From an uncultured delta proteobacterium (GTDB lineage: Bacteria; Myxococcota; Kuafuiibacteriia; Kuafuiibacteriales; Kuafuiibacteriaceae), in NCBI GenBank assembly GCA_963803435.1, contig CAWDML010000001.1, forward strand, positions 1,440,001-1,504,000: 64,000 bases of DNA, given 5' to 3'. The position numbers were made by a program, and so were the translations under genes. Under the pieces are notes generated by a model. The model was not told where the DNA came from. It was given only the letters and a program-made list of their open reading frames with translations, and did not search any database. Position 1 is the first letter of the stretch, and each line of letters begins with the position of its first letter. Shown here piece by piece: positions 10,174 through 21,442 of the stretch.

Positions 10174-11868
10174 TTCTCCACCTCCTCTGCGTGCGCGCCG
10201 CCGGGGTGATGCGCGAGATAGTCGGAGATGGCTTCGTCGGCGCCGTCGAGCTTGCCGCGCAGCAGGCACTCGATGAGGTGGTACTGCGCCGTCTCCGCGC
10301 GCTCCGACGCCCCCGCGCGAGAGAGATACTCGCGGTACGCCGGCACCGCCTCGGCCCAGCGACCTTCGATGCGCGCGATCGTGGCCAGGAGAAGGAGCGC
10401 CTGGCTCGCCCGCAGGCCCTTGGGATGATCGTGCCCGTAGCGCTCGAGGCACTCGCGCGCCTCGGTCAGCCGGCTCGCCGAGACCAGGAGCTCGCAGCGG
10501 CGGATCGCGGCCGCCTCCGAGAAGCGTCCCTGGGGATGGCGAGACAGGTAGAGGTCGGTCCGAGAGAGCGCCTGCTCGCGGTGCCCGAGGTCGAGCTCCA
10601 GGTTGCCGGCCTCGAACAGCGCGGCCTCGGCGCTCTGCGTCTCTGGATAGCGATCGAGGATCCGGAGATAGCGGGACAGCGCCGCCGCCTTGGCGCCGCG
10701 CCGCAACCGGCACTCGGCGCCGAGCGTCTCCGCGCGTGCCTGCGCCTGCACATCGCTCTCACGAACGATCTGCTTCACCACCCGGTCGAGCCGATCGCAC
10801 TGGCGCGAGCGGAGGAGCGTGCGCGCCGTCCGCCAGCGATCCGACTGCTTCGGGCGGCGCGCCGGTGGAGGCTCGTCCGAGCGCGCCACCGCCGGCGCCG
10901 CCAGCCGCTCGGTCAGGCGCACCACCCGACCCGGCCGGATGGGGATCGATCCGGTCCACGACGTGTGACCCTCGAGCGCCAAGGCCACCACCGGCTTGCC
11001 CGATCGCCAGCGAACCAGCAGCGGGGCACGCCCGATCGAGACGCCGTCGAGCGACACCTCGGCGCCGGGCGGATCCGTCTCGACGAACAGATACCCCTTC
11101 CCGTCCGCGCTCGGCGCCGGCTTGTCGCCGCTGTGCCACCAGGGCGCCTCGAACGACTCGAGCGAGCGCGTCGGCGCCACCGTGTCGTCGATCGCCAGCG
11201 ATCCGCCGCCGGTGACCATCCGGGGCGCTTCGCCCGCGCGCTGCACCTCCACGCGCCCCTCCGCCACGTCGACGCGTGCGAGCCGGCCGGCCTTCACGTG
11301 CACGTCGAACTTGGTCCCGTGCACCACCACGCGATCCGATCCGACCTGCACCACGAAGGGCGAGCGCGGGCCGTGGGGCGCCACCGAGAACGAGGCGCGC
11401 CCTTTCTTCACCCGCATGCTGCCGTCGGAGGCGCGCGCCACCATGGCCGGTCCGAACACCGCCACCTTGGCCTCGCCCGCCAAATCCAGAATCGACGCGG
11501 GCCCCGCCCTCCAGGTCGAGCTCCGCCGCCCCCGCGATCTCGGTGGCCTCATCGCCGAGCTCGGCCGCCGCGCCCTCCAGGCGCACGCCCGCACTCCGAA
11601 ACACCACCTCGGCGATGCGCGCCGGGGCCTCTTCGGTCGCGGCCGGCCACCGGAGGAAGGCCACCACCGCGAGCGCCGCCGCCGCCAGCCCGCCGAGCCC
11701 GAGCAGGAGCGCAGGCCGGAGCGTGCGGGCAGGCTGCGGGCGGGCGGCGACGATCCGCCGGTACACCGCGCGCGCTCGGAGCTCCGAGAGGCCGCCGCCG
11801 GTGTTCTCCTGCGCGGTCCGCACCGCGGCCTCGAGGAGAGCCTCGCTCTTGGCGTCGGGCTCGCTCAT
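10143..11868 (-). CDS. FecR-like anti-sigma factor with PEGA and TPR domains; +1 frameshift at ~11491
   Basis: Single TM helix, FecR motif VVVHGTKFDV...VDVAEGRVEV, PEGA (VETDPPGAEVSLDG...GRAPL) and TPRs (YLSRHPQGRF). ORFs 10759..11868 and 10143..11594 join at GAATC 11489-11493. Confidence 0.85.
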
Positions 11869-12458
11869 CCGATCTGCTCCGCGAGCCCGAGCTGCTCGAC
11901 CATCCCGAGCTGCGTCGCTCGGTTGAACTGCTTGAGGATCGCCTGGCGCGCGCTCAACACGCGGGCGCGCACCGTCTGCGGCGACGCGTCGAGCATCAAC
12001 CCGATCTCGGTGAAGCCGAGGCCGTCGAGGACATGTAGCGAGAACGCGATGCGCTTCTTGGCGGGGAGCTTGTCCATCGCCCGATAGAGCAGCGCCACCA
12101 GCTGCTTGTTGATCGCCTGCTCCTCCGAGGAGATGACCGACGGATCGATCGGATCGCGCTCCTCGCCGAGGTGGAGCCAGGCGCGGCGGCGCGCGCGGCG
12201 AAGGTGGCTGGCGACCTGTCGGAACGCGATGCCGGACAACCAGGGCGCGAAGGGCCGCTCGGGCTGATAGCGCGACAAGCTCCGATACGCCTCCACGAAG
12301 GTCACCTGCAGTACGTCTTCCACGTCCGGGAGATGTCCGAGCACACGGAGCAATCTCCGCGACAGCAGCGGCTGGTGACGGTGATAGAGCTCCGCAAACG
12401 CCGATTCGTCGCCGCGGAGCACCCGCGCCACCAGCATCTGGTCCGTCGCGGCCTCCAT
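11865..12458 (-). CDS. ECF RNA polymerase sigma-70 factor
   Basis: GDESAFAELYHRH, DVEDVLQVTF, FAPWLSGIA (region 2); LPAKKRIAFSLHVLDGLGFTEIG...TVRARV (region 4). Confidence 0.92.
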   Translation of the reverse strand: MEAATDQMLVARVLRGDESAFAELYHRHQPLLSRRLLRVLGHLPDVEDVLQVTFVEAYRSLSRYQPERPFAPWLSGIAFRQVASHLRRARRRAWLHLGEERDPIDPSVISSEEQAINKQLVALLYRAMDKLPAKKRIAFSLHVLDGLGFTEIGLMLDASPQTVRARVLSARQAILKQFNRATQLGMVEQLGLAEQIG

Positions 12459-12504
12459 TCTGCCTACGGCTCTCGAATAGGCCGCCGCTCCCAAGACGAG
12501 GCTC

Positions 12505-13545
12505 TCAATCGCTGACTTGGTCCGCGGCGCGCCTTTTTGAAAAACTTTCTCCGAAAGCGATCTCCGGGCCGACCAGGAGCTCGAGGTGCGACTGGGTGAG
12601 GAGGGGCTCGCCCTCCACCAGGAACCGGTTCGGCTGCGGCCAGACCCACATCCGGGCCAGGAGGCGCAGCTCGAGCACATCGGTCGTCCATAGGGCCACG
12701 CTGGAGAAGAGGCCGAAGCCGCCGTTCCAGAAGAACTGTAGCCCATCGGGCACCGCGGGCGGGAGCGCCGCGCCGCCCGCCCCGCTCGGCCGCGCGATCG
12801 AGAGCCGCGCCTGCGCCGACAGGCCGAGCGCGACGATCGAGACCGTCACGCCGGCCCGCAGCCCCGCCTCGATCTCCCACACGTGGAGCCGGACGCCTTC
12901 CTCCCCCGACGGTGGGACCCAGTGGAGGCCCGCGTCGGCGCCCGCGAAGAACCAGCCAGCCGAGAGCGCGCCGCCCAGCCCGAAGAACGGAGAGACGCGC
13001 TTCTCCTGCACGCCGAACAGCGGGCCCACCTCGAGGGCGAAGCTCGGTGAAGGCGCGATCGGTACCTCGACGCGCCGGAGCTCGACCCTCGGCTCGGGAC
13101 AGATCGCCTCTTTGCAGGTCGGCGGCGCCTTCGCCTCCAGGGTGGCGACCAGGTCGTCGCCGGACGGCTCGAGGAGCCCCATCGCCGCGAGCAGCTTGTC
13201 CATCGACGGCCGCACCGCCTCGGCGGCGGTGATGGAGATGAACTGGACCACCTCCTCGGGCGTCATGCCGTCGATCGTCACGGTGCGTCGCGCCGCCACC
13301 TCCGGCCCGGTGAGATCGAGCGCGACCGTCACCGGGTTCATCCGTTCGAGCCGGAGCACCCAGGTGGAGGGCTGGCCGGCGCAGTCGCTCTTCACCGCCA
13401 CCTGCTTGGTGGCGATGCGCGCGCGGAGGGCCGCCACCAGGCTGGCCTCGTCGACCTCGGCGCCCGCACCGACGAGGACGCAGAGGCTCGGGCGGGGGCT
13501 GGCATCCGCCATGATCAGCAGTCCGGCGGCGAGGAGCGGCAGCAA
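12505..13545 (-). CDS. Secreted hypothetical protein with a C-terminal beta-barrel-like region; first gene of the ECF cluster
   Basis: Signal peptide-like N-terminus and alternating hydrophobic beta strands in the C-terminal half; co-oriented with the sigma/FecR genes. Confidence 0.6.
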   Translation of the reverse strand: MLPLLAAGLLIMADASPRPSLCVLVGAGAEVDEASLVAALRARIATKQVAVKSDCAGQPSTWVLRLERMNPVTVALDLTGPEVAARRTVTIDGMTPEEVVQFISITAAEAVRPSMDKLLAAMGLLEPSGDDLVATLEAKAPPTCKEAICPEPRVELRRVEVPIAPSPSFALEVGPLFGVQEKRVSPFFGLGGALSAGWFFAGADAGLHWVPPSGEEGVRLHVWEIEAGLRAGVTVSIVALGLSAQARLSIARPSGAGGAALPPAVPDGLQFFWNGGFGLFSSVALWTTDVLELRLLARMWVWPQPNRFLVEGEPLLTQSHLELLVGPEIAFGESFSKRRAADQVSD

Positions 13546-13591
13546 GACGAGCGGGAGACTAGCACGGCCCGTGTGCTAGTCTCCCGCGGCC

Positions 13592-15766
13592 GTGAACGAC
13601 GACGCGATCGACGCGCTCGCGAAGCAGATCCGCTACCACCGCGACCGCTACTACAACGATCAGCCGGAGATCTCCGACGCCGAGTTCGACGCGCTCGAGG
13701 ATCGCCTGCGCGCGCTGGCGCCGGACCATCCGGTGCTGGCCGAGGTGGGGGCGGCGCCCCGGGAGGAGGAGACGCTCGACGAGGAGGCCGCCCGCCGGGA
13801 GGCGCAGGCGCTGGCAGAGAAGACCAGCGCCGGCAAGCTGGCCGAGATGCTGCTCGCGGAGAGCGAGCGCTTCTACGACGGCAAATCCAGCGATCCCGCC
13901 CACTACAAGGGCCTGTGGCTGGCGCTCGCCAAGGAGGCCCCCGAGCACCCGGCGCTCGAGACCGCGGTGCCGCCCCGGGGCATGGACTGGAAGAAGGCGC
14001 GCCACGAGATCCCGATGGGCTCGCTCAATAAGGTCAACTCCGAGGATGAGCTGGCCGAGTGGGCGAAGCGCTGCGACGAGCTGGCGGCGAAGGCCGAGCT
14101 GGCGCCGATCTCCTCGCATCTGGCCATGACCGAGAAGCTCGACGGCATCTCGATCGAGGTCCTCTATCAGGACGGCGTCTTCGAGAATGCGATCACCCGC
14201 GGCGACGGTCTAGTCGGCGAGCGACTCGGCCCCAACGTGCGACGGATGCGCGGCGTGCCCGAGAAGATCGGGCTGCCGGGCCGCGTCTCGGTGCGCGGCG
14301 AGATCATCCTCAGGAAGTCGGACGCCAAGAGGTTCATCGAGTTCAAGAAGAAGGTCGACAAGCGCTTCGTCGAGCTGAAGAGCCTGCGGAACACCGCGGC
14401 GGGGATCGCGCGCACGAAGGAGCCCAAGCTGCTGCCGGGCTGCCGCTTCCTCTCCATCCTCTTTTACGACCTCGAGGGTGTGACCGGCCTGAAGACGGAG
14501 CAGGAGAAGCTGGCGCTGGTGGACCGGCTCGGGTTCGCCGTGCCCTCGGTCTACTTCGGCGATCTGGCGAAGATCCAGAGCACCTACGACGGCTACGACA
14601 CCATGCGGAAGAAGCTCGACTACGACATCGACGGCCTGGTGGTCCGCGCCGACGACATCCACGTGGCAGTGATGCTCGGCGAGCTCAACAACCGCCCGCG
14701 CGCTGCGGTCGCGTTCAAGTTCGGCAACGAGATGCAAGTGACCTTGCTCAAGGGCATCGTCTGGAGCACCGGCGACAGCGGCCGCATCACTCCCATCGCG
14801 CAGATCGAACCGGTGTTCCTGGCGGGCGCCGAGGTCCGGCAAGCCAGCTTGCACAACCTCGCGAACCTGCGAAAGCTCGACATCGGCGTGGGCGATCAGG
14901 TGCTGGTGTCCCGCCGCAACGACGTCATCCCGTACGTGGAGAAGGTGGTGGTGAAGGGGCCGCGCGTCGAGGAGGCGCCGGATCGTTGCTCGGTGTGCGG
15001 CGCCCCCCCGTCGGTGGAGGGCGAGTATCTGATCTGCCGCAACCCGGGCTGCCCGGCCGTCCAGATCGGGCGGGTGAAGACCTGGATCAAGCAGCTGGGC
15101 CTGCTCGAGTGGGGCGACAAGACCTTCGTCCGCCTCTTCGAGGAGGGCCTGGTCAGAGAGGTGGCCGATCTCTATCGGCTGAAGATCGAGGACATCGCCG
15201 GCCTCGAGGGCTACGGCGAGGTGAGCGCCAAGAAGCTCCTGGACCCGGTGCTGGCCAACAAGAAGATTCCGCTGGCGACCTTCATCGCCGCGCTCGGTAT
15301 CGAGTCGGTCTCACGCGAGACGGCCAAGCTGCTGGTCAAGGCCGGCTACACGTCGTTCGAGGCCATCGCGAACGCGACGGTGGAGGCGCTGTCGGAGATC
15401 GAGGGGCTGGGGGAGATCAAGGCCGAGCGGATCATCAGCGGGATGAAGGGCCGCCTCGCCGAGACCGAGACGCTGGCGAAGCTGGGCGTGGTCCCGGAGA
15501 CCGTGGAGGAGAGCGGCCCGCTGGCCGGGCTGTCGTTCTGCTTCAGCGGCAGCCACTCGCGGCCGCGCAAGTTGCTGCAGCAGATCGTGGAGAAGAACGG
15601 CGGGACGGTGGCGGCGGGCGTCACGAAGGGTCTCAACTACCTGGTACTGGCTGACCCCAGCTCCACGTCCTCGAAGACGCAGAAGGCCAAGAAGCTGGGG
15701 ACCGAGATCATCGGGGAGCCGCGCTTCGACGCCATCGTGAAGGAGAGAGGCGGATCGCTCGACTGA
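13592..15766 (+). CDS. ligA: NAD-dependent DNA ligase
   Basis: YYN..PEISDAEFD subdomain Ia, KLDG motif I, TRGDG, RNTAAG, DGLVV, Zn finger CSVC..C..C, HhH repeats and BRCT. Confidence 0.97.
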   Translation: MNDDAIDALAKQIRYHRDRYYNDQPEISDAEFDALEDRLRALAPDHPVLAEVGAAPREEETLDEEAARREAQALAEKTSAGKLAEMLLAESERFYDGKSSDPAHYKGLWLALAKEAPEHPALETAVPPRGMDWKKARHEIPMGSLNKVNSEDELAEWAKRCDELAAKAELAPISSHLAMTEKLDGISIEVLYQDGVFENAITRGDGLVGERLGPNVRRMRGVPEKIGLPGRVSVRGEIILRKSDAKRFIEFKKKVDKRFVELKSLRNTAAGIARTKEPKLLPGCRFLSILFYDLEGVTGLKTEQEKLALVDRLGFAVPSVYFGDLAKIQSTYDGYDTMRKKLDYDIDGLVVRADDIHVAVMLGELNNRPRAAVAFKFGNEMQVTLLKGIVWSTGDSGRITPIAQIEPVFLAGAEVRQASLHNLANLRKLDIGVGDQVLVSRRNDVIPYVEKVVVKGPRVEEAPDRCSVCGAPPSVEGEYLICRNPGCPAVQIGRVKTWIKQLGLLEWGDKTFVRLFEEGLVREVADLYRLKIEDIAGLEGYGEVSAKKLLDPVLANKKIPLATFIAALGIESVSRETAKLLVKAGYTSFEAIANATVEALSEIEGLGEIKAERIISGMKGRLAETETLAKLGVVPETVEESGPLAGLSFCFSGSHSRPRKLLQQIVEKNGGTVAAGVTKGLNYLVLADPSSTSSKTQKAKKLGTEIIGEPRFDAIVKERGGSLD

Positions 15767-15779
15767 CGCAACAACCAGG

Positions 15780-16592
15780 GTGTTTCTCCGACAATCAACC
15801 CGGAGGCCCGAAGTGGAGAAGCTCAATCCCGCCGTCCTGAGCGCCGTGGCGACCGCCCTCAGCAACGACCGCTATCCCAAGGACGGAGTCGGCTACGTCC
15901 TCTCCGCCGGCGACAAGAGAGACCTGGAGCGGACCATCCGCGAGCAGATGGTGGCGGGCGTGCCCGACGAGGCCATCACCGCGGCGATCGCCGTGTTCAC
16001 GCGGCCCTACGCCGCCTCGAGCCCCGATCATCAGGCCGACTGGGCCAAGCGCACCAAGGCCGACCTCGACGCCCTGGTCGCGGAGCTTCCCGTCCTGCGG
16101 GCGCAGATCTCTGGCGGCGCGGGCGGTGAGCTCCAGAAGGCCAAGGACCTCGCCGAGGCCATGTCCGCCTTCAGCAGCGTGATCGGCCTCGACATCCGCG
16201 AGGACGGCCCGGACACCGACGTCACCTTCCGCTCCCTGCCCGCGCTCGAGGGCGCGTCACAGAGCCGGTTGAAGAGCACCTTCAGCCGAGACCGCCGCGG
16301 GCCCGACTCGGCCGACGGCGAGTTCATCTACGCGAAGGGCGCCCAGGCACTGACGAAGTTCTTCTCGAAGGTCACCTTCGACACCGAGTTCGCCGATCCC
16401 GACGAGGCCCGCAACCTCACCAAGGCGAAGTTCAAGAAGCTCCTCGACGATCCGGCCATCAACGAGATCCACTTCGTCGGCAGCTGGGCCGGCGATCAGT
16501 GGGGCGTGGCCGGCTACGCCGACTGGAACCTGATCGTCGAGTACGACAAGGGGAACTTCGTCCACCTGAAGACGAGCGGCGGCTGGCAGTAG
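15780..16592 (+). CDS. Hypothetical protein; C-terminus weakly NuiA-like
   Basis: 270-aa ORF with strong GC3-type codon usage; family assignment is tentative. Confidence 0.6.
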   Translation: MFLRQSTRRPEVEKLNPAVLSAVATALSNDRYPKDGVGYVLSAGDKRDLERTIREQMVAGVPDEAITAAIAVFTRPYAASSPDHQADWAKRTKADLDALVAELPVLRAQISGGAGGELQKAKDLAEAMSAFSSVIGLDIREDGPDTDVTFRSLPALEGASQSRLKSTFSRDRRGPDSADGEFIYAKGAQALTKFFSKVTFDTEFADPDEARNLTKAKFKKLLDDPAINEIHFVGSWAGDQWGVAGYADWNLIVEYDKGNFVHLKTSGGWQ

Positions 16593-16630
16593 AGCCGTAC
16601 GCAACGACCACCCCACCCACGGTCCCCGCG

Positions 16631-18277
16631 CTACCTTCGCTGCGGCTCGCTCTCCGACAGCCGCGCGCGCGCCCGGTCGATCGCGCCGATCAACAACGCC
16701 GCCGGCACTCGCCGCGCCGTCAGCGCGCGGAGGTCCCGCGGGAGATCCGTCCGCCGGGCCAGGGTCTCGCGGAACCACGCTTGCGCCGCCACCGCGTGGC
16801 CGACGTCGGCCTGATCGCTGCTGGCGGACCGCGCCCCCGAGAAGTCGCAGAGCTGGATCCCCGTGCGCCCTTCGATGCTGAAGCGGCGCGCCGCCAGGTC
16901 CGGCAGCTCGACGCCGTACAGCGCCAGCGCCTTGAGGAGGGCGAGGCCGGCCCTGGCCAGGTCGAGGGCGTCGAGAAGGCCCTGCCGGTCCGGATCGATC
17001 TCGAGCGGCCGGCCCCGCGCCGCGATCACCACGTAGGGCGTGCCGTCGTCGCCGGCGCCGGAGGCCAGCACGGGCAGCACGCCCGGCACCGTCAACCTGG
17101 CTTGCAGCTCGGCCTCGCGCTCGAGCTGGGCCCGCTCCTCTGGACGCCCGCAGCGCACCCAGACGAAGGCCGAGCCCTCGAGCCAGAAGCCGCGGCGGAG
17201 GGGCGCATCGCCGGCGTCGGGACGGAGAGTGACGCCGCCCAGGCGCGGCCACGAGAGCGCTGCGGCCCGCGCGCGCGCCAGCGAAAGGCGCGGGTGGGAC
17301 TGCGCGATCTGATCGAGCACGGCCCGCGCCCGCTCGAGGTGGCCGCCGGCCAGGAGCTTCTCGGCCCAGGCCATTCCCAGCGTTGCGTAGCGCGCTTCGG
17401 CGTGCGGGATGCTGTCGATCAGCGTGCGCACCGGCGCGCCCAGCGGGTCGCGATCGAGCGCGTGCTCGGCCAGTCGCTCGCGAACGACGTCCTCGTACGA
17501 GCGGAGGATCGGATCGGGCGCCAGGAGCAGGCGATCGACCCCCCGCCCCACGCGCTCCCGTCCCTCCTCGTCCTCGGGTAGCGGCTGGCCGCGGATCACC
17601 GTGCGCTCCGCCGCCGACAGCTCCGAGAACAGCGCCCCCGCCGTAGACGAGAGCCGCTCGTCGCTCCGCTCGAGCGCAGTGCGGAAGCTGGCGTTGCTGA
17701 TCAGGCCCAGCGCCGCCTGCACCCGATCGTGATCCGAGAAGCAGGCCATCGCGAGATCGACCAGCCGCGCGATCTGTGCGTTGGAGGCGGCGCCGAAGTC
17801 CACCCGGCGCACCGTCAGGCTGAACGCGCGCGCGGCCTCGCGGCGATCGGCGGCACCCGCCAGCGCCTCCAGGTAGTCGAGGAGCGCCGGCAGGCTGGCC
17901 TCCAGGCGCACGATGCCGGCGAGGAAGCGCATCCGCTCGATGCCGTTGCTCTTGAGCGGCTCCCGGTGGAGCGCCTGCTCGACCACGGTCCGGTCGACCT
18001 TGCGGAACAGGTGCTTCAGCACGCCCCGATCCGACGGCGCCGCCATGCCGTTGACCAGCAGGTCCTCGGTCGAGTTGAGCTTGAGCCGCAGCTCACCCTT
18101 GTAGCGGCGGAGGAACGAGAGGTGGCGATCGATCTCGCCCAGCTCGTCCTTCGAGAGTGCGGCGTCGGCGGGGAGCTCGAGAATCGAGGGTCGGCTTCTC
18201 CGCGATCGGCGCCAGCGCCTTCGAGCGGCGGCGCCGGCGTCTCGGCCGCTTCGAATCGGTGCCCGCCCGGTTCACGC

Positions 18278-18281
<4 letters not shown>
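16631..18281 (-). CDS. Helical-repeat protein with a degenerate C-terminal kinase-like domain; +1 frameshift at ~18183
   Basis: ORF 18093..18281 joins the frame of 16631..18046 at GAATC 18181-18185 (…[19 protein letters not shown]…). The C-terminus has [20 protein letters not shown]...PYVV, GVELPDL and LCDFSGA. Confidence 0.65.
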
Positions 18282-19993
<1,712 letters not shown>

Positions 19994-20046
19994 GGCCCTT
20001 CGAAGGTCACCTCGTCGAGGTGCCGCGCAAATCCGAGCGTCGCTAG

Positions 20047-20111
20047 GAGCGTGTAGCGCGTAGCGCTACCGCGAGCCCGGTCCGGGTCCCGGTCCCGGTC
20101 CCGGTCCCGAT
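20047..20111 (+). repeat. Left inverted end with (CCCGGT)n hexamer tandem
   Basis: GAGCGTGTAGCGCGTAGCGCTACCGCGAGCCCGGTCCGGGTCCCGGTCCCGGTCCCGGTCCCGAT. Confidence 0.9.
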
Positions 20112-20116
20112 GGCGA

Positions 20117-20485
20117 TCATGCAGCCCGGCGTGCGTTCATCGACTTGATGAGGCGCGTGAGCATCTCGACAACGCGCTTGAGCTTGGCTCTGGCGGCTTG
20201 GACCTTCTGCTCGTTGGCGAGTCGGCGCCTCGAGCAGGTGTGGAGTGAGGCGGCGCTTTCGGTGCCAGAGCGAAGTGCCATCCGGTGGAAGCGAGCCTTC
20301 TCAGGTGGATTGAACTCTCCGGCGCCCTCGGCGGTGTTGTTCACGATGGAATCGGATGCCCGCCGAAGCTGATCGCGGACGTGAGCGTGACCGGGTTGCA
20401 GTTCTTGTGCGATCTCTTCAGCGATGTCGGCCTACTCGACGGCGAGCTGGTAGACCTCGAGCTTCTCGTGATCGAAAGTGACCAT
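20117..20485 (-). pseudogene. Four-helix-bundle protein (23S rRNA IVP / TIGR02436-like), interrupted by an in-frame TAG at 20432-20434
   Basis: MVTFDHEKLEVYQLAVE*ADIAEEIA...HVRDQLRRASDSIVNNTAEGAGEFNPPEKARFHRMALRSGTESAA...VEMLTRLI; family signature FEKLxVYQ..DQLRRAxxSIxxNIAEG. Confidence 0.88.
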
Positions 20486-20604
20486 GCAAGCTAGCTTGCG
20501 GTAGCTCGTCCACTTTGACCAGCAGAAGTTCTTGGAGGTCGTTTCGTCTGGAATCGATCGTTGGGCGGATCGACTTCGACGCCTGGACTTGATCCCATGG
20601 TTTC

Positions 20605-21350
20605 GTGGCGAAGCAATACCGTTCTTGGACTCCGAGACAATCGTTCTTGCTCCCGCCGTCCCCTCTCGAGTGGCTCCCAGAAAGGAACAGGATGCCGCCA
20701 GGGCTCGCGCCGAGAAATTACGCAGGCAAGCCGAAGAGCAGCAGAGCAAAGCGGATGATGCTCTTGTGGATCGGGTGGATCAGAAGCGAGCGAGAACTCG
20801 AGCGAGAAGGCAAGAGCGCAGGCTGACCAGCTCGAACCATCCCCAGACCCAACTGAAAGCACGCTCAGGTGATTGTCGCCGACGGGGTCAGCAACCAGGC
20901 ACCTGATCAGCAACACCTCGTCCCGATGCTCCGTGATGTGTTCGGCAACTGCGGCGATGCTCCGCGGATGATGACGGCAGACAACGGCTATCTGAGCGCG
21001 ACCAACATCGAATTCTGCGACAACAATCAGATCGATGCCCACATCGCTGTTGGACGCGAACAGAACCAAGACGCGTCGACTCCGTCCTCATCAGCTTCGG
21101 AGCCACACCTGCCTCGCTCGCTCGCAAGCGAATGCGAGACAAGTTGCAAACGCGCGACGGCAAGGCGGTCTACGCCCGCAGGAAGAGTATCGTCGAACCG
21201 GCGCTCGGACAGATCAAAGGGGCACGAGGATTCCGCCGGTTCTCGCTACGCTCCTTCTTCAAGGTACGAGCCGAGTGGACGCTCGTCTGCCTCACCCACA
21301 ACCTGCTCAAGCTCTCCCGATCGAAGCTCGCGACCGTCGCGAGCGTCTGA
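20605..21350 (+). pseudogene. IS1182-family DDE transposase remnant (large internal deletion plus frameshifts)
   Basis: N-terminus AKQYRSWTPRQSFLLPPSPLEWLPE; DDE core IVADGVSNQAPDQQHLVPML...TADNGYLSATN; C-terminus YARRKSIVEPALGQIKGARGFRRFSLR...VRAEWTLVCLTHNLLKL. The pieces lie in separate short ORFs. Confidence 0.9.
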
Positions 21351-21370
21351 CTCAAGGCAGCCATCTTCAG

Positions 21371-21442
21371 ATCGGGATCGGGACCCGGACCGGGACTGGG
21401 GCCCGGACCGGGGTCGCGTGAGCGCTTACGCGCTACACGCTC
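21371..21442 (-). repeat. Right inverted end with hexamer tandem
   Basis: ATCGGGATCGGGACCCGGACCGGGACTGGGGCCCGGACCGGGGTCGCGTGAGCGCTTACGCGCTACACGCTC, inverted relative to the left end. Confidence 0.9.

Noticed and set aside
20432-20434. Pyrrolysine or alternative genetic code at the TAG
   Set aside because: TAG ends several normal genes here (for example at 21443 and 57149), and this codon lies in a decayed mobile element.
20117-20485. Four-helix-bundle gene as Avd of a diversity-generating retroelement, or as a 23S rRNA intervening sequence
   Set aside because: No reverse transcriptase, TR/VR pair or rRNA sequence in the window.
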